Virus record (IMG/VR): IMGVR_UViG_3300000976_000009
Location: 205,151 to 269,150 of that record
Length of the DNA stretch: 64,000 nt
Source: a virus
Direction: 5' to 3' (one strand)
Part shown: piece by piece, positions 29,732 to 40,871 of the stretch
Position numbering within the stretch: the stretch's first letter is position 1
How the letters are laid out: each line of letters starts with the position of its first letter
Made by a program: the position numbers and the translations under genes
The notes under the pieces: model-generated
Told to the model about the DNA's origin: nothing
What the model saw: the letters and a program-made list of their open reading frames with translations, nothing else
Database searches by the model: none

Positions 29732-30226
29732 ATGAAAACAGTATTTTTAGATATTGATGGGGTAATTGCAGTTGGTAGAATTGTTAGGAAAGAAACTAAG
29801 TGGGGAAAGATTTATCGGTTTGATAGGAAAGCAGTTAATTTATTCAATGAATTTTTAGAAGCAACAGATGCTGAAATAGTATTATCATCAGATTGGGGTA
29901 AACAACATTCACTTCAAGATATGCGAGAAATATTTGAATGGAATGGGATAATCAAAGGACCAATTAGTTTTACTGTTAACTCACCATTATATGAAAATGC
30001 TGAAACAGCTGAATGGCAAGCTGGTGGTCGTGCATGGGAAATTAAAGAATACGTTGATAGGCATAGATTAACCAATTGGATTGCACTAGATGATTTACCA
30101 ATACACCATTCGGGACATGCTGACTTCTTTGAAGGACATTTTGTTTACTGTGGTAAGCAAATGGAAGGTGTTAAACAAACAAGTTTAAAAGAAAAAGCAA
30201 TTAAATTATTAAATGGGGATGTGTAA
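29732..30226 (+). CDS. HAD domain protein (Swiss-Army-knife RNA repair-like)
   Basis: FLDIDGV, IVLSSDW, WIALDD. Confidence 0.8.
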   Translation: MKTVFLDIDGVIAVGRIVRKETKWGKIYRFDRKAVNLFNEFLEATDAEIVLSSDWGKQHSLQDMREIFEWNGIIKGPISFTVNSPLYENAETAEWQAGGRAWEIKEYVDRHRLTNWIALDDLPIHHSGHADFFEGHFVYCGKQMEGVKQTSLKEKAIKLLNGDV

Positions 30227-30674
30227 AAGTAAAAGAAATTGGGATAAGCAATTCATGGATTTAACTGAACATTATGCTAGTTGGTCTAAGGATAGAAGCA
30301 CAGGTGTTGGTGCAGTTATAGTTAATGCAGAAAACACTGATATCATCAAAGGTTATAATGGATTCCCAAGAGGGGCAAACGATGATATCGATGAACGCCA
30401 CGATAGACCAACAAAATATATTTGGACTGAACACGCAGAACGTAATGCCATATATAAAGCAGCTAGAGAAGGGGTTTCCACTAATGGTTGCAAAATGTAT
30501 GTTAACTATTTTCCATGTGTTGAATGTTCGAGAGCAATAATACAAGCGGGAATTAAGGAAGTCATTGCTCCAAAACCAGATTTAGAGCATCATAAATGGG
30601 GTGAATCTTGGAGAATAGCAATTGAAATGCTTGAGGAATGTGGAGTTAATATTAATTTTTACAAAAATGAGTAA
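30213..30674 (+). CDS. dCMP deaminase
   Basis: GYNGFPRG, HAERNAI, PCVEC. Confidence 0.93.
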   Translation: MGMCKSKRNWDKQFMDLTEHYASWSKDRSTGVGAVIVNAENTDIIKGYNGFPRGANDDIDERHDRPTKYIWTEHAERNAIYKAAREGVSTNGCKMYVNYFPCVECSRAIIQAGIKEVIAPKPDLEHHKWGESWRIAIEMLEECGVNINFYKNE

Positions 30675-30848
30675 AGTAGAAAGAGTTAGTGTTGCTTTTG
30701 CTAACCAACAACCTCAAAGATTAGAGGTTAGTGTAATTAGTAAATGGGAACCAAAGAATATCAATAAAACTAGTGGTCATGTTTTTTTTAGTGTTGACGG
30801 ACAATACGTCTCAATGAAACTTACAGACTATAAGAAAATTTTTGAATT

Positions 30849-31310
30849 ATGAAAAGATTAAGAGGCGTAATAAGGTCTATTGAAGTAAACCATTTTCAAG
30901 GAATGGAAAATAAAGGTTGGGATAAAACATATTGGTTTTTTGATTTACACTCAACAGTTATTAAACCTAACTATGAGTATGGTAATATCCCAAAGGAGTT
31001 TTACCCACATGCTAAAGAAGTATTACAAATGCTTAGTGATAGAGATGATGTGTGTATGGCAATATATACTTGCTCACACCCACATGAAGTTGAACAATAT
31101 AAAGCATATTTTGAGGAACAAGGTATTAAGTTTCAATTCGTCAATAAAAACCCAGAGGTTACTAGTGTTGAAGGTGGGTATGGATACTATGAAGATAAAC
31201 CTTACATGAATGTTTTATTTGAAGATAAAGCTGGTTTTGACCCAGAACACGAATGGGAAGAAGTAAGGGAGTATTTAACGGAAAAATATGGCAGCACAGC
31301 GAATGAATAA
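30849..31310 (+). CDS. HAD-like protein
   Basis: FDLHSTV, YTCS, KPY..VLFEDKAGF. Confidence 0.65.
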   Translation: MKRLRGVIRSIEVNHFQGMENKGWDKTYWFFDLHSTVIKPNYEYGNIPKEFYPHAKEVLQMLSDRDDVCMAIYTCSHPHEVEQYKAYFEEQGIKFQFVNKNPEVTSVEGGYGYYEDKPYMNVLFEDKAGFDPEHEWEEVREYLTEKYGSTANE

Positions 31311-31697
31311 AATTCCAAGAAGTTGGATTGAAAATAATGATGCAGTTTATGATGATATAAGTAATGACATTATTAATGGTAATGTTATAAGAGTTAATAA
31401 TGATAAAGGTGAGACACTTCTATTAAAAAAACATGAAATTGCTGATGTATTAGAGAGTATATTAGATAAGGTTATTGAGCAGAAGGACATCGATTTGTAT
31501 CGTAAAATCAATACAGACCTTAGAAAGCATATTAATACTAATATAGAAATCTTAGATACGGAGACTAAAAAGTACTTTCATGATAAGATTGATAAAGTTG
31601 CTGAGAACATTGCTGTAAGCATGATTGATTCTGAAATTGAAAGACAAGTGAGGGAGAGAGTCGAAGCAAAGATAGAGGAAATGAGAAAATTGCTATA

Positions 31698-32579
31698 ATG
31701 GATATTGAAAGACTTAAAGGTTATAACAAAGACCATTGTTGGCAATATGATATAAGGTTAAATAATTATGAGGAAGATTTAGTTAAGGCTGGATTAACCG
31801 ATGATTATGTTAAGAAATTAAAGGTGTCTGATTTCGAGTTCAAAGTTGTTGAAGATAAAGATGAAAGACTAAAAATGAGGGATTTCATTGAACGTCACGA
31901 ATGGCTTGGAAATTTATCCCAATATACAACACAATGGTTTGCTTGTTATCACAAAGATATACTCGCTGGTGTAATACTATTTAATATGCCTAATGCATTC
32001 TCAAAAATGCTTGGTGAGGACACACCACAACTTGAACGCTTGATTTCTCGTGGTGCTTGCATTTCTTGGTCACCAAAGAACCTAGCAAGTTCTTTATTAA
32101 TGTGGTCAATTAAATGGATGGTTGAGAACACACAATATAGATTGTTCACAGCATATTCAGACCCAACAGCAAGAGAGATAGGTACGATTTATCAAGCCTG
32201 TAACTTTTACTACTTAGGTCAAAAGTCGGGAACAACTAAACGATACATCAACCCATATACTGGTAAGATGGTATCTGATAGATATTTCAGACAAAAGACT
32301 GCATATAGAAAATACGCAAAGGAGTTAGGAATTGAATGGCAAAAAGATTGGCACCACCCAACAGGTATGTGTTGGCATAATATACCCGATGAAATAGAGG
32401 CTGTGCTTAGAGCATTTTCTAAACAAAAGCAAGTAGAGTCAAAGGTATTTCATTTTCCTCAGAAACATAAGTATGCTTATATTCTGGGTAGAGATAAACG
32501 GGAAACGAAACAACTAAAGAAGGTGTTCGAAAATAAAATAAAAACATATCCTTATCCAAAGGATAGAAATAAAGATTAA
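31698..32579 (+). CDS. Mom-like GNAT DNA-modification protein
   Basis: AYSDP...GTIYQACNFYYLG, KHKY. Confidence 0.7.
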   Translation: MDIERLKGYNKDHCWQYDIRLNNYEEDLVKAGLTDDYVKKLKVSDFEFKVVEDKDERLKMRDFIERHEWLGNLSQYTTQWFACYHKDILAGVILFNMPNAFSKMLGEDTPQLERLISRGACISWSPKNLASSLLMWSIKWMVENTQYRLFTAYSDPTAREIGTIYQACNFYYLGQKSGTTKRYINPYTGKMVSDRYFRQKTAYRKYAKELGIEWQKDWHHPTGMCWHNIPDEIEAVLRAFSKQKQVESKVFHFPQKHKYAYILGRDKRETKQLKKVFENKIKTYPYPKDRNKD

Positions 32580-32580
32580 A

Positions 32581-32862
32581 ATGAGAAATATATTATTACT
32601 ATTAGGAGCATTATTACTGTTAACTGGGTGTGCAGATGTATCACACGTTCAAGAATGTTTACCAGAGGCAGAACACACTTATGGGTTCTGGGGTGGAACA
32701 TGGCACGGTATGATTACGTTCCTATCATTTATAGGTAGTATAATCTGGGATGATGTCGCAGTATATGCAGTAAATAATAATGGTGGTTGGTATAATTTCG
32801 GATTCGTTGGTGGATTATTTTTTATATTAAAAATCATTGGATTATTGTTGAAAAATGATTAA
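32581..32862 (+). CDS. lipoprotein / membrane protein
   Basis: LTGC lipobox, GFWGGTWHG, NNGGWYNFGF. Confidence 0.7.
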   Translation: MRNILLLLGALLLLTGCADVSHVQECLPEAEHTYGFWGGTWHGMITFLSFIGSIIWDDVAVYAVNNNGGWYNFGFVGGLFFILKIIGLLLKND

Positions 32863-33595
32863 GATGAAGAAGATTACAATATTTAGTGGTGCTGGAATCA
32901 GCGAAGAAAGTGGGGTACCAACATTTCGTTCTGGTGAAACAGCATTATGGGCTGGAGTTCCTGTTGGAGATGTGGCAACACCAGCTGGTTGGAAGAAGGA
33001 CCGTGAGAATGTGCTGGACTTCTATAATGCACGTAGAAAACAATTAACAGAGGTTACACCAAATGCAGCACATGAAGCATTAGCTAAACTTGAAGAAAAA
33101 TATGATGTAACAATAGTTACTCAAAATGTTGATGATTTACATGAGAGAGGTGGCTCAACTAATGTATTACACTTACATGGTGAATTGACCAAAGCTAGGG
33201 GTTGTATGTATGACCATAAGACTTCACCAGTAGATAATGTATATGATATTGGATATAATGATATCAATATTGGTGATAAGTGTAATGTGAGTGGTTCACA
33301 GTTACGACCACACATTGTGTGGTTTGGTGAAATGCCATTTAATGTTGAAGAGTCAATGCTTGCAATTGAAGAAGCAGATATCATAATGATAATTGGAACA
33401 AGCTTACAAATTGGATATACAATACCACTACTTGGTAATGGGGCACATAGTGCTGATGAGGTTTATTATATTGACCCAAAACCAGCAAATTATTTGGATG
33501 CGTATAGCTTGCCAATAACATATATTAAAAATAAAGCTGTTGAGGGTGTTACTGATTTGGTTAATATCTTAATGGCTAGAAACAACGAAAAATAA
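32855..33595 (+). CDS. cobB: Sir2/CobB NAD-dependent deacylase
   Basis: GAGISEESGVPTFR, TQNVDDLHE, HLHG, RPHIVWFGE, GTSL. Confidence 0.93.
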   Translation: MIKMKKITIFSGAGISEESGVPTFRSGETALWAGVPVGDVATPAGWKKDRENVLDFYNARRKQLTEVTPNAAHEALAKLEEKYDVTIVTQNVDDLHERGGSTNVLHLHGELTKARGCMYDHKTSPVDNVYDIGYNDINIGDKCNVSGSQLRPHIVWFGEMPFNVEESMLAIEEADIIMIIGTSLQIGYTIPLLGNGAHSADEVYYIDPKPANYLDAYSLPITYIKNKAVEGVTDLVNILMARNNEK

Positions 33596-34714
33596 AGTAT
33601 AGTATGAGTGTAATTAAATTTGAATTAACAGAGCAACATATTGCTTTAGCTAAGAATTTAAACTTTGAACTTTTGTTCTCATTAGCACAAGATAATAAAT
33701 TTGAAGAAGGTAACCTATTTGGTTATTCAGATGATACATTTGATGATGTTGGCTTAATTATTTATGGGATGCCAGATGGTGAATTTGACCCACTTGGTTC
33801 AGATGTTATTAGTTATACCGAAAACCAAAAGAATGAAATGGGTAGATTAATAGGAGAACTACCAATAGCAATGCAGATAATGATGCAAACTGGCACATTT
33901 GTAACTGGTAAGTATAAAACAAAACATCATGATATTAATTGGAAAAAAGTTGGATAATGTTTAAATTTGATAAAAGAGAAGATAATGATTATAGGGCACA
34001 TTTTGCTAATGACATATTAGAAATGGTTTATATAAAATATAATGGTAATTTAGATTTAGCCTTAAATGAGGTTGAAAAATTTGATGCATATTTAGATTCT
34101 CATGTGAGGAATATTTATGAAACAATAGATAGTCAAATACCGTTAATTGCATATTTAAATTTGAAAAAAGATGGTGCTGATAATTGGGGGTTTACTAATG
34201 ACGAATATCAAGCTGCAATAGATAGAACTATTAATGCTTGTCATGAATATTATAAAAAAGAATAATATGGAAATTAAATATACAAAGGATGGTGTAATTT
34301 TTAATAATGAATTTATTTCATTAGCGGAAATTATAAAAAATGTTAATGCAGTAGAAATAAATGATGATAAGTTAGCTATGATGACTATGACTTGGGGATA
34401 TAGTCGTAATTTTGATGGGGTTTGTGAAACAATTGTATTACCAATTAATCGATTAAATAATATTAAAGAAATTATTAGTGGTAAAATGATTTATTTTGGT
34501 GAAATAAATGGTAAACATTCTGATATTCATGGTGTATTAGAGGAAAATGAAATCAAAATAAGTACAAATAAAAATGAAATTAATAAATTTTTAACCACTA
34601 ACCCTTCTGGTCATAATTATGACCATTCATTTTTAGATACTTTTTATAATTATTTACTTGATGGACAATATGATATTTCTGATGAAGACATTAAAAAATT
34701 TAAAATAAATTATT

Positions 34715-34933
34715 GTGGAATGGATTAGTGTTGAAAATAGATTACCAGAGAAAGATGGTAATTCTAGTATATATTGCATAGTATATGACACATATGATGG
34801 TGTAGTAGTTAGACCGTATAATGAATATCATAAATGTTGGGATTTAGAAGATGGTGATGATTATCACTGTGATGCAATTGGTGGGAAGATAACCCATTGG
34901 ATGCCAATACCAGATGAACCTAAAAAAGAATAA
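34715..34933 (+). CDS. DUF551-like protein
   Basis: WISVENRLP...ITHWMPIP. Confidence 0.75.
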   Translation: MEWISVENRLPEKDGNSSIYCIVYDTYDGVVVRPYNEYHKCWDLEDGDDYHCDAIGGKITHWMPIPDEPKKE

Positions 34934-35162
34934 TATGGGGATGGATTTAGACGCAGTATTTTCAAAAACTGCATTGGATAATATCAGAGAAATGATAAGT
35001 AAAACACCACATGGTGAACGTGAAAAAATTGCTGATGATATAATTGCATTTGAAAAAATGTTATGTGAGAAATATAACTTCAAATCAGCATTTAAAGAAA
35101 ATAAATCAGAAAGTTAGGTTAATAGATTAATTATTTGTATATTTGTACCAAATAATTTACAT

Positions 35163-36179
35163 ATGGATTCAATTATATTTTCAGTAGACGGTAGAGAAGA
35201 CTTATTAGAAAATATTTCTAAAGAGTTATGGGACTTAACACAACACGATAGTCATAAAGTAGAAATTGGTGTAACTAATGCCCAGAAATTCTCAGATGGT
35301 GAAGTTTGTGTAGATTTTAACGATAGTGTTAGGGGTAAAAGGGTTTATCTTTTATGTTCACCTAATGATTCAGATAAAATATTACAACTTAATTTCGCAA
35401 TAGATGCAGCAAAAAGGGCAGCAGCTAAAGAAATTATTCCAATTATACCTTATTTTCCTTATGCAAGGCAAGATAAGAAAGACCAAACTCGTGGTCCAAT
35501 TGGTGCAAAGGTTATGGCTGAAATGCTTGAGAACCGTGGTGCAACCCAAGTGATTACATTTGACCTTCATGCAGACCAAATTCAAGGTTTTTTCAATATT
35601 CCAGTAACACATATGGAAGGTAAATATGTTTTTGATGAATATATTAAGAAAGTTTGTGTTAATGATGGTGATGTAATTTTATGTTCACCAGATGCTGGTG
35701 CAGCAAAAAGAACTTCCCATTACGTAAAACGTATGAAAAAGTACGATATTGAATTAGATATGGTATTAATTAATAAAACTAGAGTTGAAGCAAATAAAGT
35801 TGACTCTATGGTATTGATTGGTGATGTTAAAGGTAAGAATGTCATTATTATAGATGATATGTGTGATACAGGTGGTACATTATGTAAGGCTGCTGAGTAT
35901 TTGATAGAAGAAGGTGCTAAAACTGTAAGAGCAGTAGTAACACATGGCGTATTAAGTGGTCCAGCATTTGAAAGAATAGCTAATTCAAAACTACATAATT
36001 TTGTATGTTCAGATACATTACCAATTCCAAAGATGGTTCAACTTGATAGAAATGGTGGTAGATATATGGTTGATACTGAGGAAGTAGTATATGTAATTGG
36101 TTGTGCTAAACAAGTAGCTAAAGCAATTACTGCAATAAATAACGATATTAGTGTTGAAGAACTTAAACTTAGAAATTAA
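35163..36179 (+). CDS. prs: ribose-phosphate pyrophosphokinase
   Basis: FSDGE, PYARQDK, DLHADQIQGFF, SPDAG, DDMCDTGGT. Confidence 0.95.
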   Translation: MDSIIFSVDGREDLLENISKELWDLTQHDSHKVEIGVTNAQKFSDGEVCVDFNDSVRGKRVYLLCSPNDSDKILQLNFAIDAAKRAAAKEIIPIIPYFPYARQDKKDQTRGPIGAKVMAEMLENRGATQVITFDLHADQIQGFFNIPVTHMEGKYVFDEYIKKVCVNDGDVILCSPDAGAAKRTSHYVKRMKKYDIELDMVLINKTRVEANKVDSMVLIGDVKGKNVIIIDDMCDTGGTLCKAAEYLIEEGAKTVRAVVTHGVLSGPAFERIANSKLHNFVCSDTLPIPKMVQLDRNGGRYMVDTEEVVYVIGCAKQVAKAITAINNDISVEELKLRN

Positions 36180-36658
36180 TGGAAATTGAAAACAAAATTA
36201 CTGACCCATTTATTAGTGACTATAAAGCAATTGAGCGTTTAGTTATGGATTATATGAAACATGGTAAATTAATAATTGCATATGATTATGATAGTACCGT
36301 ATTTGACTTCCATAAGAAAGGTCACACATTTGATTTGGTTATGAAATTGTTGAGAGAATGTAGAGATTATGCACAATTTATTGTTTATACACATTCTAAT
36401 GATGATAGGCATGGTGAAATAATTGAATATCTTGATGAGCATAACTTACCTTGGGATACCATTAATGAAGGTATTGTTTGGGCTAATGGAAAAGCAGAGG
36501 GTAAATTATTTTACAGCCACTTTCTAGATGATAGAGCTGGATTAAGAAGTGCTTATATTATTTTAGATAAAGCACTTGATATTATTAAACGTAACCCTAA
36601 TAATATTGAAGAAGCTTGTAAGTTGTTAAAAGAAAGAGGTATTACTTGTGGGGGTTGA
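36179..36658 (+). CDS. HAD-like protein
   Basis: AYDYDSTV, FLDDRAGL. Confidence 0.65.
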   Translation: MEIENKITDPFISDYKAIERLVMDYMKHGKLIIAYDYDSTVFDFHKKGHTFDLVMKLLRECRDYAQFIVYTHSNDDRHGEIIEYLDEHNLPWDTINEGIVWANGKAEGKLFYSHFLDDRAGLRSAYIILDKALDIIKRNPNNIEEACKLLKERGITCGG

Positions 36659-36895
36659 TTTAAGAATATGTGAAAAAGGTGATATCCTAATAACAGTACA
36701 TGGACTTATGTTAAAGTATGTTGGACCATTACCAGAGGAAAATTATTTTGACCACGAAGTGGAGTACCCAGAGGAAAATGTTGGTTATGGTACTCGTACA
36801 CATGAAGGTTATGTTTTTAGGAAAAAAAGATTACCAGAAGACCAAGATATAGCTAAAATTATTAAGAAAAAAGATTGGAAAAAAATATTTGAATA

Positions 36896-37693
36896 ATGAA
36901 AAGTTTAGGTGATAGAATGAAACACTACGAGGCGTGCTACAGTACAATGATTCCCCCTCGTACATATACAGTAGTTAGGGTAGATGGTAGAGGCTTCTCT
37001 AAGTTCACTAAGAAAATGGATAAACCATTTGATGACCAATTCTCAGAGGCAATGAATTTCGCTGCAATTGAGATGTGTAAAAAGTTTAACCCAGCATTTG
37101 CATATACACAGTCAGATGAAATTACACTTGTCTTTACCGATTTCGGTGAGAATGAAGAAGCTATGTTTAAAGGTAAGGTTCAAAAGATTTGTTCTTTGAC
37201 TGCGGCTAGAGTAACAGCATCTTTCAATAAGAAGATGTTGATGATTGATGCAGCTAGAATGATTACGTTTCCAGAATTTGATATTGCTGAATTTGGGATG
37301 GGCATTGAAAGTGGTGAATTAATTTATGATGTTGAATTTGATTCAAGGGTGTATGTGATTCCAGCGATTAAGGAAGTTGCGAACTGTTTAGTTTGGAGAC
37401 AACAAGATGCAAGACGTAATTCTGTTAGTATGGCTGCTGATGCATTATACTCTCACAATGAGTTAACGGGTAAGTCTTCTAGTGACAAGCAAGAGATGAT
37501 GTTCGATAAGGGTGTAAACTGGAATGACTATGCTGTGAAATACAAGCGTGGGGTTGTCATTAAGAAGGTTGAATTAGAAGGACCACATGGGGCACTTAGG
37601 AAGAGATGGGAAGTTGATAATGAAACACCGATATTTACACAAGATTGGAAATATCTATATGATTTAATACCTAGTATTTGTGATGAATTTTAA
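36896..37693 (+). CDS. tRNA-His guanylyltransferase Thg1-like (3'-5' polymerase)
   Basis: RVDGRGFSKFT, YTQSDEI, FDSRV, WRQQDARRNS. Confidence 0.93.
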   Translation: MKSLGDRMKHYEACYSTMIPPRTYTVVRVDGRGFSKFTKKMDKPFDDQFSEAMNFAAIEMCKKFNPAFAYTQSDEITLVFTDFGENEEAMFKGKVQKICSLTAARVTASFNKKMLMIDAARMITFPEFDIAEFGMGIESGELIYDVEFDSRVYVIPAIKEVANCLVWRQQDARRNSVSMAADALYSHNELTGKSSSDKQEMMFDKGVNWNDYAVKYKRGVVIKKVELEGPHGALRKRWEVDNETPIFTQDWKYLYDLIPSICDEF

Positions 37694-37695
37694 AG

Positions 37696-37732
37696 AAAAA
37701 TGCCAATTTACCTTGTGAGTTGGCATTTTTTT
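37696..37732 (+). terminator. intrinsic terminator overlapping the next promoter
   Basis: aaaaatgccaat...gttggcattttt; TAagTTTG at 37736-37743. Confidence 0.7.
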
Positions 37733-37774
37733 GTATAAGTTTGCCGTATCATAATAAAGACCAAAATAAACCAA

Positions 37775-39361
37775 ATGAAGTTTAAAAAATTAACTGATGC
37801 ACAAAAGCAAAGGATAACTGAAATTTATACTAGTAAGGAAATCTCTTGGGATGATAAAGAGAAAACATTAGCCAAGTATATTGGTAAATCAACAAGAACT
37901 GCTAGAAAATGGTGTGCCGATTTAGGGTTAACAAAGCCATCGGAATCAGATTCACCTCAATATGAAGCTGCTAAGCTAAAAGAAATTGACAAGAACAGGA
38001 AAGTCTATTTAATTACCTCAGCCCAATCTAATACTGGAATTAACACTAAAATGTTAGATAGTATGGAATTATATGCTAAAGAGCATAATGCTGAAATCTT
38101 AATTATTCCATTAAAATATACTGTTGATATGAGTTGGGTTAAGAGTCATACGTGGGCTAAACGAACAATACCATATCTTAATGCAAGTAATCATGATTTA
38201 TGTGATACACTAACTTATCGTGGAGATGTTAAAATTTTACCAACAGTAAAATGGCCTCTATCAGCAAAAGCATCATTAAGTGGGTTAAATTCAGCAATAT
38301 ATGGGTCAGCAAAGATTCATCAAGAATCACAACCAACATTACAGGGGGATGCATCTAAGATATTAGCCACTACTGGGTCATTAACTAAACCAAATTATAC
38401 TGATACTAATGCTGGTAAACATGGTGAACATTATCATCAATATGGTTTTGTTGTTGTCGAAATTCAAGATGATAAGATTTTTCACTTAAGACAAGTTGAA
38501 GTAAATAAAAATGGTTCATTTGATGATTTATTCTATCATGTTGAAAAAGGTGAGATAAGTAGGAATACTGAAATTGAGGGAATTGTTTTAGGTGATGTTC
38601 ACTTTGCAACGGTTGATGAAGTTGCTTTAGACACTACTTTTGATTTAATGACTAAGTTAAAACCTAAGCACGTTATTTTAGAGGATGTGTTTGATGGTGA
38701 GTCGATTAATCCACACAATTTAGATGACCCATTCCATCAAGCTAAATTAGAATATCAAGGGAAGAATGATTTACAAGCTGAGCTGGATGATATGATGGAT
38801 AAACTTGGGCGATTTGATAAGTTTGATAATGTAGTTATCGTTAGGAGTAACCATGATATATTTTTAGAGAGATTTTTAAAACGTGATTGGCGTAAGTTAC
38901 CTACAATGAAAAATGGTTTACCATATATGGAGTTAGGTGCGATGATGTTAAGAGCGTATAAGAGTGGTAAAGAATTTAAAGGGGTAATACCAACCCTAAT
39001 TAAAAATAGGTATCCTAAGTATCATGCTTTGGGATATGATGAATTATATTATATTAAGCATTTCGCAGTATTTAATCATGGTGAAAAAGGTTCAAATGGT
39101 TCTAGAGGTGGTGGAGCCAAAAATTGGAGTAAATTTACTAGTGGTGTTGATGGTCATAAAGAAAGAGGTATTATAACTGCACATACACATACACCATCAA
39201 GATATGGTAATTCGATTTGTGTTGGTCATATTTTATTACCTCAAGACTATACAATTGGTTCACCTTCTAGCTGGATGCAAAGTAATGCTATAGTACATAA
39301 GAGCGGTAAAGCTCAACAAATTCATATTATTGATGGTAAACATTATACAACTTTTAAATAA
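37775..39361 (+). CDS. T5 A1-like protein (HTH plus metallophosphoesterase-fold nuclease)
   Basis: ITSAQSNT, TTGSLTKPNY, GDVH, SNHD, HGEKGSNGSRG, HTHTP. Confidence 0.65.
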   Translation: MKFKKLTDAQKQRITEIYTSKEISWDDKEKTLAKYIGKSTRTARKWCADLGLTKPSESDSPQYEAAKLKEIDKNRKVYLITSAQSNTGINTKMLDSMELYAKEHNAEILIIPLKYTVDMSWVKSHTWAKRTIPYLNASNHDLCDTLTYRGDVKILPTVKWPLSAKASLSGLNSAIYGSAKIHQESQPTLQGDASKILATTGSLTKPNYTDTNAGKHGEHYHQYGFVVVEIQDDKIFHLRQVEVNKNGSFDDLFYHVEKGEISRNTEIEGIVLGDVHFATVDEVALDTTFDLMTKLKPKHVILEDVFDGESINPHNLDDPFHQAKLEYQGKNDLQAELDDMMDKLGRFDKFDNVVIVRSNHDIFLERFLKRDWRKLPTMKNGLPYMELGAMMLRAYKSGKEFKGVIPTLIKNRYPKYHALGYDELYYIKHFAVFNHGEKGSNGSRGGGAKNWSKFTSGVDGHKERGIITAHTHTPSRYGNSICVGHILLPQDYTIGSPSSWMQSNAIVHKSGKAQQIHIIDGKHYTTFK

Positions 39362-39669
39362 ATAAAAAATGAAATACATATACTTTGAACTAAATAAAAT
39401 TAATGGTTATAACGAAACAGAAATAACTATTGAAAATCCTAATATCTTAATGATAGAACCTAATACTAATTCAGATGGTTTTTGGGGGTTTACAAATATA
39501 ACAGAAAGACATGGTTTCCCAACTGAATCAAGTGTTATTGTTAACCAAAATTGGGTAAATTTAGATAAATATGATTTGAATAAATACACAAATCCAAAGC
39601 ATCCGTTTTATAAATTGGATAAACACATAAAAGAATGTATTGAAATTCTTAAAACAAAATTAGAAACAA

Positions 39670-40344
39670 GTGAGTAAATTAGTTTTATGTATAGACTTTG
39701 ATGGGACATGCACTACGCATGAGTATCCAAGAGTCGGTAGAGAAATAGGGGCAGCTCCAGTTTTAAAAAGATTGGTTGAAGCTGGACACAAATTAGTCTT
39801 ATTTACTATGAGGTCTGGTAAAGAACAGAATGATGCAGAAAAATGGTTTGCATCACATGGTTTACCATTATATGGTTCTAACACAAATCCGACCCAAAAA
39901 CATTGGACTGCTTCACCAAAGGCTTATGGTCAAATTTATATTGATGATGCAGCATTAGGTTGTCCATTAATTATAAATGGTAAAGATAGACCATATGTTG
40001 ATTGGATTAAAGTTGAAAAACAGTTAGAGGAAAGAGGTGTTTTAGAAACTAATAACCCTATTGATGTTAATACCTTCAAACAAATTTTTTATGATGCAAC
40101 ACTTGATTTAATGAATGGGGAGGAAGCAGTTAATGTTGAAATATCAACTACTGATGGTCAGACTAGAATTAACTATGTTGTTGATGCTGGAAGAAGGGGT
40201 ACAATGACTTATGACAAATCTTATGTGATAATTGATAATGGTGAAGTTAAGTGTAAAACTTGTGAACTATTAGAGGGTTGTGGGATTGAAGAAATTATTG
40301 AAGAAAAAATTAAAGAGTATATATATGGAAACGCAAGAAATTAA
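39670..40344 (+). CDS. HAD phosphatase (BT0820-like)
   Basis: IDFDGT, LFTMR, YIDDAALG. Confidence 0.8.
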   Translation: MSKLVLCIDFDGTCTTHEYPRVGREIGAAPVLKRLVEAGHKLVLFTMRSGKEQNDAEKWFASHGLPLYGSNTNPTQKHWTASPKAYGQIYIDDAALGCPLIINGKDRPYVDWIKVEKQLEERGVLETNNPIDVNTFKQIFYDATLDLMNGEEAVNVEISTTDGQTRINYVVDAGRRGTMTYDKSYVIIDNGEVKCKTCELLEGCGIEEIIEEKIKEYIYGNARN

Positions 40345-40871
40345 GCAATATCTACACGATTGGTGGAATAAAGAACATAATACTACTGACGAATTTAATG
40401 AGAGTGGTTGTTTAGAAATTTTAATTGAAGCTGGTAGGAATGAAATTGAAGTTGATAGAGACTCACATAGGTGGTGGGATGAAGTAACTAAGATAGCTCA
40501 GTTTGGTGATAAATATTTTAGATATACTTGGGCTACAGCAAACAGAGATGAGAGTGTTCAAGATTTAGGTTGGGATTTTAGTTGGTCAAGTGTTAGTGAA
40601 GTAGAACCTTATATGGAAACGGTTGTTGTCACAAAATGGAGGAATGTTTAATATGAAAAATTTTGATAAAATACCATTAGATGCTTATGATTTAGAAGTG
40701 TTTGCAATTAAAGATTGTAAAGAATCACCGACTGGTAAACAAGCGTTTATTGGTTTTAAAATACCTAATGGTAATTTTCATTTCATTGGTGTACCATATA
40801 CTGAACCAATAAACAATAAATAAAACTGATAAAATCTTGTTAGTTTTATTTATTTATCATATCTTTGTATT

